Of a DNA stretch of 64,000 nt, positions 14,468 to 25,206 are shown piece after piece; the stretch's first letter is position 1, and each line of letters starts with the position of its first letter. The notes below the pieces were generated by a model that was not told where the DNA came from, did no database searches, and worked only from the letters and a program-made list of their open reading frames with translations. This DNA is from Octopus bimaculoides (Eukaryota), in contig NC_069003.1 in NCBI RefSeq assembly GCF_001194135.2, positions 37,203,593-37,267,592 of the forward strand, in the 5' to 3' direction. The translations under genes were made by a program, and so were the position numbers.

Positions 14468-15714
14468 CACTGTATAAGCTTGTATTACAGGCACTATATT
14501 ACCAGTTCCTCGCTATGTATTTATGTACTTATATTGTAGAGAACATATACTACTAAACACTCTCATAGTCAGCAATATTTGGTATTTGAGAAGATTCGAA
14601 AGAAGACCAACTGAAAGAATTCGATATGATTATACCTGTGACACATACACATTTTTAAAACAATAAATATCAAATAATAATAATAATAATATTTCTACGG
14701 GGGGGGGGCAGATGAAGAAGAGGAGGGGTTGGAAAAGTAAGGGGAATGGAGGTCGAAATAGAAGAATTTTTGTTTTTTTTTTGTTTTTTAATGCAAAATA
14801 GCATAAATGCTACTGTAGTGGGTGGGGTGCAAAGAAATTATAATGATTGGAGTAAGAAGTGATTGCAAGTTTGGATTGGGATGCAGTGACAATTATGCTC
14901 GCTTCTTTCATTTCATCTCCCTCCCTCCCTCCGTCTCTCTCTCTCTCTCTCTTTTTTTCCACATACATACACACACACATAGAAGCATAAAGTCTTGAAA
15001 CTTGGCTGGTCGTATTTTACACAAAATTATGTTGCAAGCAAATACGTAACGACTTCATATTTGACGTCTGATGTAGTTGATGGTGATGATGATAACTATG
15101 ACGGCGGCAGCGGGCGCACGCGCGTATTTGCATGTATGTATTCGTGTTGACACACACACATTGATGTTACATACATGCATAGATAGATAGATAGGTGGAT
15201 GGATAGACAAAGAACGTATGCTCTGAGTGTATGCATCGTGTAGAAGTCCTTTTCGTGTACCACTACACCTTGTGACGCTCGTGTGTGTATGTATGGATGG
15301 ATGGTATAGTGTGTGTGAGTGCGCGCGCACGGGCACAGGTGGTGTGAAGCACTACATACAAAGAACACTACACCTTCTTACCCGGAGTCTCTGTCTGTGT
15401 AGGTATGGTATGTGTTTCCACGCCCTCCTCCTCTTCTTCTAATTCACGGCTGAAATACTGTTCATCTTCCGAAACATGTCCGTCATACACCAGATATCCG
15501 GGTAAACGGCAAGCAGAGAAAACGACAACGGAGTATTTGAGTACATGGTATACACACCGGCTGCAACTGGTTAAGGTTGATGGATGGATGTATACGAGTG
15601 CGTTCAGACAGCTGTATGTCCGTGTATGCGATGGGTATCAACTGCACAAGTGTCCATAAATCAGATGAAACATGTTCCAAATGACAACGGAACTGTGCGG
15701 TTAGTATTGGCGAA

Positions 15715-16212
15715 TGTGAGGGAGAGAGAGAGACAAGTGCTTGTAACGTACCGAAAACGAGGTAGAGAAATGAGGAAGACTGGGCGAAAAGAGTGTGTTT
15801 GCATTTATGGGGGAGGGTAGTAGGTGGGAAAAGAGATAACGAGAGAGGGAGAGAGAGATTGAGGAAGGGTGGAAGAGAGAAAGTGTGGAAATGAACGAGA
15901 TAAGAAGATCGGTAGAGCGCGTGAGATAGGAAAGTGAAGAGAGTACGAATGAATGAAAGTTGGATGTGAGAGAGGTTGAGAAGAGAGAGAGAGAGAAGAG
16001 AACACGAGGAAAAATAAAGAGAGAAAAAGAATCTAAATAAAAGAACGGGAGAGAGCTCGAGTGAGAAAGTGAAAGAGGAAGAAAAAATAAGTTGAAGGAG
16101 GAGGAGGGGAAGAATGGAAAGAGAGAGAGAGAGAAGAGAAGAGGCAGAAAAGCAAGAGAATATATACGAAGGTAAAATACTAGGTAAAATACTACGAAGG
16201 TAAAATACTAGT
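15715..16212. repeat. Purine-rich (GA) tract ending in the short tandem repeat (tacgaag)gtaaaatacta x3
   Basis: Direct reading; the tandem unit is at 16166-16212. Confidence 0.85.
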
Positions 16213-16469
16213 AATCCAATATTTTGGATTACTAACTGAAGAGACAAAGCTCACGCTCTAACCTCCCTAATTTTGAAGGTGCCACTCATTGCAATCTGTA
16301 ATGGTGTAAATTGTGTGATTAATGTTTCGTTAGTTTATACAGTAATGAGTTTAAGTACCAGAAATCTAATGCACCAAACTCAAATGTATTCACTTCACCA
16401 AAGATTTAATAGAAAAGCAAAAAAACAAAAACATTCTGGAATCACGAGCATCACCTAAAAACACAGTGG

Positions 16470-17013
16470 TTAATGAAACAGACAGAACCAAAAGATTTCA
16501 AGTTCAAGTTCTGTTTGAGTCAAAGAGTAGAGAGACGACCAGCATTTGTGAAGAGGGTGAACAAAGAAAGCATGCATCACATGACCTGTAAAACGACTTC
16601 GGCAGCCAAAATCCATGGCGCTTTGTCAAGCAGAGCTCGATGAACCATGTAGAATCATCTGGTTACTCAATTCATAGGATTCTCTCAGAAATTAATCCAT
16701 CAACAAATCCCTCCATATTCTGCTACTCACTGCTTCCAATTAAGTGCTCCACATTTCTTCTGGTTAAAATGTCACAGGAAAGGGCTACAAGGTAGATTCC
16801 TGAAGCGAAGCCAACTGGCAAGAAGAGATCTAGCAGCAGACCAAGAATGAGATGGTTGGATGACATCCATAGTCTCAGCTGGATACACTTGGGGATCCAG
16901 CCAAAAAGTGTGATGACAGTTGTTTCTGATAAAACCCTATGGAGGAGGTGCCTGAGGACCCTACCCCCATGACCCTTTTAGGAAAAGTGGGCAGCAAAAG
17001 TGGATGGATGGAT
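16470..17013 (+). mobile_element. RTE/Expander(Rex3)-like LINE 3' end with (GGAT)n tail
   Basis: From 16769: MSQERATR*IPEAKPTGKKRSSSRPRMRWLDDIHSLSWIHLGIQPKSVMTVVSDKTLWRRCLRTLPP*P, followed by tggatggatggat at ~17001. Confidence 0.75.
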
Positions 17014-17639
17014 ATATCTTGTTTGTCTTTCAGTTATCCATAAGACAAGCCATCCGTTAGTACAGGCTCCAGAAATCTTTTCCACCTTCAGTCTTCCAGT
17101 TTTCCTAGAAATTCTTGGACCAGAAGATGTAATGGTCTCTGATATATATGTATATATATATATATATATATAAAAACACATTATTTATTTAACATTATGA
17201 CTATAGTGAAGATGGTCAACTGGCAGACATGTTAGCATGCTGGGCGAAATGCTTAGCAGTATTTCGTGTGTTTCCTTGTCTCCATGGAAACATGTCTGAC
17301 CAAGAGGAAATATTATCTTGCTTTAAAATAGTTGAGTGTTAGCAACAGGCATTTGCCCATAGAAGATATACCTTTGCTTCAACAAATTCCACCTGAGCTA
17401 TATTTGTAGAGAAAAGTGGACATTAAAACAATAATGATGATGATATGTGTGTGTGTGTGTGTGTGTGTGTGTATAATCTGGAGAGGAGTACCAATGTTCC
17501 CATGTGGCGAGCTTGATAATCGTTGAGAGGTTTCTCTCTACATGAAACCATTGATAGCCTTGTTAACCAACAAATAAACAATATTTATTAAACAACATGG
17601 CACTGAGCAATCATTCTCACTCTTCAATATCAACATATA

Positions 17640-17681
<42 letters not shown>

Positions 17682-18252
17682 GTCTCAAACATGGTGCAAC
17701 ACATTCCTGATTTATTAAAATTGTCTCCACCTCAAGAAGAAGTGTCATAATTACCAAATGACAATAAAGACCAACTCCACCTGAGAAGAGGAGAAAATGT
17801 AGAGAATCAAGAATTACTTAAAAACTGGATTGCTATCAAGAATAAGGACAGGTTTATTGTCTGGAAATAAGGGAACAGTTGTTTGTGCCTCAACAGGCAA
17901 TACCAGCAGATCAGAAGCCAAGGGACTTAGACTTATATGAAAAGAGTTCAAAGACGGTTATGGCCCAAGTAATCTACATAATTTAATCAAAAATGAGTTA
18001 GGGGAAGTAACTCAGTGGCCAAGGAATTGTATTTGACTGACAGAGACAAAATACAGATGTATCAAATACCATACAACATAAATTCCTGGTTAATTAAAAT
18101 CATCTTTGCATCTTGCAGATATGTCGCAATTACCAAACAGCAATTAAGACGAGCTTCAATAAACCTGGGCATTTGGTAATTATGATAAATCCTCTACACT
18201 TAAGAGATAATCTAATTTTTATAAATTAGGATTTTGTTATATAGTATTTAAT

Positions 18253-18297
<45 letters not shown>

Positions 18298-18804
18298 NNN
18301 NNNNNNNNNNNNNNNNNNNNNNNNNNNNNNNNNNNNNNNNNNNNNNNNNNNNNNNNNNNNNNNNNNNNNNNNNNNNNNNNNNNNNNNNNNNNNNNNNNNN
18401 NNNNNNNNNNNNNNNNNNNNNNNNNNNNNNNNNNNNNNNNNNNNNNNNNNNNNNNNNNNNNNNNNNNNNNNNNNNNNNNNNNNNNNNNNNNNNNNNNNNN
18501 NNNNNNNNNNNNNNNNNNNNNNNNNNNNNNNNNNNNNNNNNNNNNNNNNNNNNNNNNNNNNNNNNNNNNNNNNNNNNNNNNNNNNNNNNNNNNNNNNNNN
18601 NNNNNNNNNNNNNNNNNNNNNNNNNNNNNNNNNNNNNNNNNNNNNNNNNNNNNNNNNNNNNNNNNNNNNNNNNNNNNNNNNNNNNNNNNNNNNNNNNNNN
18701 NNNNNNNNNNNNNNNNNNNNNNNNNNNNNNNNNNNNNNNNNNNNNNNNNNNNNNNNNNNNNNNNNNNNNNNNNNNNNNNNNNNNNNNNNNNNNNNNNNNN
18801 NNNN

Positions 18805-18843
<39 letters not shown>

Positions 18844-20296
18844 GAGGGTGGGAGAGAGAGAGACAGAGAGGGAGAAGTCGCTTATAATCAGGATGTAATG
18901 GAACAGTTATTTTATCAAAATCATTGAACCACAAACATGCTCAGGATATTTATATTCTCTGCTGGTTATTGTTATCGGCTCTGTCCTATAGTTTTCACAA
19001 TGACTTCTAGCGTATACAAGTGTGTGTATGTGTGTGTAGAACCGTGCTACAAGTTACACACTATATATGTTGCTTTCAGCACTTGGTTTGAAACTGCGAC
19101 CTACTCCTATCTGCATTGTCTGTATTTTGTAGACACTTTCTTGATTTTGATTTTTGGAGTTTTTGCACCATGAGACGGAGTTTTATCTCCTAATTGCATG
19201 GATAGTCTCAATTGATCAAAATTTTTTCGATCACTGTGTTGTGCATGTGACACTCTACCTTGTCACTGCTCCTCAATCAGGTCACTTAAGACAACAAAAA
19301 GTCAGTCTCCACGAAGGCTGTGCTGGCGTCAGAGACAAATTGTAGTTTTTGTGGTGATTTTCAAGGACCAGAGACCACTTGGTGACAGACGTGCAACCCT
19401 CTAAAACAATCTTGGTCTTTGAAAACGGAACGCGTGAATATTTTGGAAGACTGAGATTGAAAGTGATGAAAGATGTTTGTTTACGTCGGTTTCCATCACG
19501 TTTGATGTGGTTCAACAATCGTTAAGTCACAGGTCAGCTCTGGCCAAGCAGATATAGAGTCTAAGGCACTCCAGCTGTGATTGAACCAACTTATTAATAG
19601 ACACGGCATAGTATCTAAGACATCCAGTGTACCTCTCTTAAGATGATTAGGTGTGATTCGGGGGATATCTGGTTACTATTTCTAGTAGATGGAACGATTA
19701 CAAAGAATATCCGTCTCCGGTTCGGTGGAAACTGGTTTTGAAGGAAATGGAAAACATATTATCAGACAGAATCCGTTACTTTTGTGGCGGATGTAGCTCA
19801 GTTTTTGACTCAACATGCACCACCCCTCACCACTTCTCTCTCTATGTATGTGTATACGCGCGTATGTGTGTGTGTGTGTATACAGATACTGACCATATTA
19901 CCATACGAAATATCAATTAGATTTCCTGCTATGGAAAGAAAAATACAGATGGATTCAACAATTTATTCCATGTGTCTCATAACACCTTGGAATACACGGG
20001 GAAAAGGCAATGAAGTCTATTCTAATAAATGCGTGTGTGTGTGTGTGTGTGTGTACATACATATATTAGTAATGAAAATCTGCAAGAACTACGAATTCGT
20101 ACGAAATGAAATCACAACTAGTTGTAATATTAGCTACTTTTTTGAAACAATCAGACAACGACTTGAACATTTGATTCCGTTTCCAATCACACAACTATTA
20201 ATATAATATCAATAACATACCGTTTCTGGGTCGTCGAGATCCAGGATTGAATTTTAAACTCCTTCACCTGCAGCTTTAAACACTCTTTTCTGCCTT

Positions 20297-20309
20297 ATAT
20301 ATATGTATA

Positions 20310-20383
<74 letters not shown>
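20297..20383. repeat. (AT)n microsatellite
   Basis: Direct reading. Confidence 0.95.
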
Positions 20384-20384
<1 letters not shown>

Positions 20385-21141
20385 TGTTACTTTCCTTTAT
20401 GTATATAGAATTATTTTCTTTCAGGAATTTCCTCGTGTAGATATACGATTTAATAACATGGTGATTGTTAGCGTGTTTCTATGTATTAATATATACATAT
20501 TATTATATATAAATATATATATAAATATGTATATATATATAAGAAATATGTGTATGTATATATATATATATTTAGTTATGTCTATGAAATGTACAATATA
20601 AATACGTGCTGTAGCGACAGAGAAGCGAAACAAGCAAAACTCGCAGCGAATGTCACAAGGAAATAAAAAAATATATATAATAATCTATCTACGAAAATGT
20701 AGCGATCAATTAAACCATGATGACGGTGATATTTAATGGGAAAATATTCGATTTCGAAATATCTAAATATATATTAAAAATGAAAGAGTTTATATTTTAA
20801 GGACTGCCCAGGGTTTTCGTGTCTTTCATTCAAGGGTTAAAGTGTTTTTTTTTTTGTTTCCATAAACTCGACCTGACCCGGAAGTTATACGAGATTCGTT
20901 ATTCGCACGCACACTGCTCACATTATCATATAGTGTGTGTGTGTAGATGTATTGAGTCCTATATTCTTGCTTGGATCAAAAACCTATACTCACACACACA
21001 CATATATATATACACACACACATTACTTATCTATTTGTATTCATATAATGCACTTTGTGTATGTGTGTATAAATACATTATCCATCTATATATGGTTCAA
21101 ATGTACAAAAAACAAGACAGGTGAGGGAACAACAAGCAAGT

Positions 21142-21192
<51 letters not shown>

Positions 21193-21898
21193 NNNNNNNN
21201 NNNNNNNNNNNNNNNNNNNNNNNNNNNNNNNNNNNNNNNNNNNNNNNNNNNNNNNNNNNNNNNNNNNNNNNNNNNNNNNNNNNNNNNNNNNNNNNNNNNN
21301 NNNNNNNNNNNNNNNNNNNNNNNNNNNNNNNNNNNNNNNNNNNNNNNNNNNNNNNNNNNNNNNNNNNNNNNNNNNNNNNNNNNNNNNNNNNNNNNNNNNN
21401 NNNNNNNNNNNNNNNNNNNNNNNNNNNNNNNNNNNNNNNNNNNNNNNNNNNNNNNNNNNNNNNNNNNNNNNNNNNNNNNNNNNNNNNNNNNNNNNNNNNN
21501 NNNNNNNNNNNNNNNNNNNNNNNNNNNNNNNNNNNNNNNNNNNNNNNNNNNNNNNNNNNNNNNNNNNNNNNNNNNNNNNNNNNNNNNNNNNNNNNNNNNN
21601 NNNNNNNNNNNNNNNNNNNNNNNNNNNNNNNNNNNNNNNNNNNNNNNNNNNNNNNNNNNNNNNNNNNNNNNNNNNNNNNNNNNNNNNNNNNNNNNNNNNN
21701 NNNNNNNNNNNNNNNNNNNNNNNNNNNNNNNNNNNNNNNNNNNNNNNNNNNNNNNNNNNNNNNNNNNNNNNNNNNNNNNNNNNNNNNNNNNNNNNNNNNN
21801 NNNNNNNNNNNNNNNNNNNNNNNNNNNNNNNNNNNNNNNNNNNNNNNNNNNNNNNNNNNNNNNNNNNNNNNNNNNNNNNNNNNNNNNNNNNNNNNNNN

Positions 21899-22155
21899 AA
21901 CTGAAAGAAGCCTGTCGTATATATGTATATATAAATATGTATGTGTGTATGTGTTTGTATGTCTGTGTTTGTCCCCCGAACATCGCTTGACAACCGTTGC
22001 TGGTGTGTTTACGTCCCCGTAACTTAGCGGTTCGGCAAAAGAGACCGAAAGAATAAGTACTAGGCTTCCAAAGAATAAGTCCTGGGGTCGATTTGCTCGA
22101 CTAAAGGCGGTGCTCCAGCATGGCCACAGTCAAAAGACTGAAACAAGTAAAAGAG
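21899..22155 (+). mobile_element. Family B SINE 3' half (young copy)
   Basis: ctgaaagaagcc...gtaacttagcggttcggcaaaagagaccg...ccagcatggcc...aaacaagtaaaagag. Confidence 0.8.
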
Positions 22156-22196
22156 TATATATATATATATATATAAATATATATATATGTTTATAT

Positions 22197-22560
22197 ATTC
22201 TTTTACCTGTTAATCATTTGGCTGCGGCCATGCTGGAGCACCGCCACTAATCGAACAAATCGACCTCAGGACTTATTCTGTGCAATCCTAGTACTTATTC
22301 TATCGGTTTATTTTGCCGAACCGCTAAGTTACGGGGAAGTAAACACACCAACACCGGTGTCAGACGATGGTGGAAGGACAAACACAAACACACATATATA
22401 TACATTCTTTTACTTGCTTCAGTCATTAAACTATGGCCATGCTGGAGCACCGCCTTGAAGAGTTTAGTCGTTGATCAAGTTGATCTTAGTATTTAAAGTC
22501 TGGTGTGTTGTTGAACCGCCAGATTACCGAAACGTAAACAAACCAACATTTGTTGTAGCC
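22197..22560 (-). mobile_element. Two tandem family B SINE 3' halves, inverted relative to 21899-22155
   Basis: attcttttac...ggccatgctggagcaccgcc occurs at ~22197 and ~22405. Confidence 0.78.
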
Positions 22561-22576
22561 ATCTATCTATTAGTCT

Positions 22577-22618
<42 letters not shown>

Positions 22619-22963
22619 AATCTGAACTCTCATTTAAAATAATTGCATTTTGTTCATTCCCATTCATTTCAATTGCTCTGAGTTAAACACTCTTCACGCT
22701 TTGTGAGGTATCCAGTTCCTATCTTATCGAAAACACGTTATCTTTCAGTAGCTCATAGCATTTTGCTGCTATTATTACAATTTTTTTCTTTTATTTCCAT
22801 CCACGACAATTCTAAAAATAACAAATAAGAAAAAAGCAGACGCCCGAGGAAGCGAATTTAAAGAAAGGTAACTCTTGATAGTAAAGGCCGACTATATATT
22901 ATGAAAGTTATCAATTCTTCTATATTATTCTCTTTGCAGCCATTATTTCTAGTTTACTTGAAG

Positions 22964-23123
22964 CGGCGAGCTGGCAGAATGGTTAGCACGCCGGGCGAAA
23001 TGCTTTGCGGTATTTCGTCTGTCTTTACGTTCTGAGTTCAAAGGAATAAGTCCTGAGGTCGGTTTCTTCAACTAAAGGCGATGCTCCGGCATGACCACAG
23101 ACAAATGACTAAAACAAGTAAAA

Positions 23124-23125
<2 letters not shown>
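22964..23125 (+). mobile_element. Chimeric SINE (family A tRNA head + family B tail)
   Basis: A-box tggcagaatgg and B-box gagttcaaa joined directly to ggaataagtcctgaggtcg...acaagtaaaaga. Confidence 0.7.
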
Positions 23126-23163
<38 letters not shown>

Positions 23164-23584
23164 TCGGTAAAACATAAATCCGAAAAAGAAGCACTCTTAA
23201 GTTATAGAGCAGTATATCATATAAGATTAGATAACCGTCCTTATATGTTTGTAGTTTGAGATTTTAATTTTAAAGCAAGCATAAGAATACAAACAAAACG
23301 TTTACCGATCAGTGGATTCTAAACTTCATTTAATGTCATTTCTACAGAATTAAATAGACTAAACATAGATTAAACTCATATAAATGTTTTCTTATAGCTA
23401 ATTCTCTCGTAGAAAAGAATGTTGTGTGTTTGAAGATATTAATAATACGTGAAAGACATAAAGAAAAGTTGTAGTTCCATTACTTCTACTAAATTAATAA
23501 ATTGCTCATTGAAGGTTTGACGAGAGAAAAACACATAAAAGCGAAAGCTAGGCTGGTAGTAGTGATGGGGGGTGGAGTAATTCA

Positions 23585-23830
23585 GTGGTCCAATCAGATT
23601 GCGTCTTGCATGAACGTTAGGAAATATTTAACTACCGTATAAATGGAATATGTTGATTGGCCAACGCCTTCCCGCTAACCATTTTGCCGCCATTTTGTTG
23701 GAATTCTGAATAATGTCAGAGGAAAACACTAGCGATGTTTCTCAAGAGGAGGTGAGTTAATACGATTGGTTTTATTCCAGTTATTACTATAAGTATTGGA
23801 CAATTCAAATCCGTAATATTGGCACGATCA
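23585..23830 (+). promoter_or_regulatory. DEK promoter/5' region with CCAAT boxes and tandem YY1-type CCATTTTG motifs
   Basis: CCAATCAG at 23590, ATTGG at 23656, aCCATTTTG at 23678, GCCGCCATTTTG at 23686-23697; further ATTGG copies just inside intron 1; locally CpG-rich. Confidence 0.65.
23713..23751 (+). CDS. DEK: DEK exon 1 (MSEENTSDVSQEE)
   Basis: ATG immediately after the YY1-like motifs; strong donor GAG|gtgagt at 23752; phase 0 joins exon 2 (VKIAEKMEAEE) in frame. Confidence 0.75.
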
Positions 23831-25163
23831 ATTGGCTAGATTTGTATTTATCATCGCCGAAAAAGCCTCCTTCGTTTCGCTCGTTTCTCCACTTCTCCAC
23901 TGATTGTGTGAAGAAGCGATTTCAAATGCGATTTTCAGACGTCTCGAACCTCAATCTCCGTAGCCTTCCCCCCCAGTGTTTTATGTCTAGTATTGAGATA
24001 TCGCTGCCGTTGGAATATGTCCCTTCTTTGTAATAATGGTCGAGAAAATCGCTTCTCAAAACTCAGTTTCATTTTGTTAACGTTCGACACATGGCTGGCT
24101 GTTTATTGAGGAAATCTATGTCGCAGAAGAAACACATGTGTCGAAGGAAGCTCGGCGGCAATACAAGCGATCACACTGAAACTGGCTCCTGCAGACTTTC
24201 AGTTCTTGGATCGAAACGGTTAAGGATTTGATCAGTTTACATACAAGGAGTAAATTTGTATTTTGGCTTTGGTTAATATTGAAATGTACACCGAGGAGTC
24301 TATTTATATGATGTACGCAGTAGGATGGATCAGAAACTCATTTGATATTTTCTGATTGTAACAGTTTAAGAAAAACGAAACGAAAGAAAAGAAACTTTTT
24401 AGAAATTAAATCGATCGTACTGTTTAGGTCAAAATTGCTTCTGTCTGAGTTCGAAGCTGATTATTCACTCCGTCGCTCCTCGGGAGATTAGAGTCTCTGC
24501 TCGATTTGTGGAACAGTAGAGAGAGAGAGAAACTCTGTGGTAACAACAGATTGTATTAACTTCCAACAAATAAATAACTTCCTCTGTATGTATCGAGAAT
24601 TTCTCTCCAATACTCCTATACACACGCACACTTTAGTAGTTCAAATACAAAATAGCTAATATGACCGTTGGAGTGTTTGGTGTTGAGCGCCAAAGTGCTA
24701 ACTTCAGTTGCAATCAAGGTTTATACAGAAAATACCATTTAGAATGAGATTCAAGAAAGCGAAATCTAAGATAGTGTCTCGAATTCAATATAAGTTCACA
24801 ACTCTACGACCTTTGTTTCGATCGTCCCTGCCTAGAAAATGAATATACCTTGAGAATGATATTGATATCGACTTTCGCCGGTCACTTACCGGCGAACAAG
24901 GTCCCCTCACTCGGCTCTCTTTCTCCCATTTATAGTCCTTTATCTGGTCAGTGTTTATTGTCTTCGTGCATTTAAAAGATTATTTATTTTTTTCTCATAA
25001 ACTGATATACAGAAATGCGTGTATTATATGTATATGTAAGAGATGCACATAGATGTGTGTGTACACAACGAATTAGTTTCATAAAATCTGCGCCTTCGCT
25101 AGATAATAAAATTATATGAATTACTCTTGTGCATTTTCTGCTTCTCTTGTTTATGTAATTTAA

Positions 25164-25206
<43 letters not shown>

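Noticed and set aside
15483-16247. 254-aa hydrophobic L/S/F-rich ORF that could be taken for a membrane protein
   Set aside because: It is the translation of the CT-rich strand of a GA low-complexity tract.
17740-18150. Possible R4/Dong-type LINE RT fragment (NKDQL...)
   Set aside because: The motif match is too weak and fragmentary to support a call without a search.
21899-23125. Recurring 20-30 nt motifs that superficially resemble CRISPR repeats
   Set aside because: They are irregularly spaced SINE modules on both strands, without unique spacers or cas genes, in a eukaryotic context.
24091-24230. Short ATG-initiated frame MAGCLLRKSMSQKK... in DEK intron 1 as an alternative first exon
   Set aside because: The only nearby donor is phase 2, incompatible with phase-0 exon 2, and the peptide has no DEK similarity.
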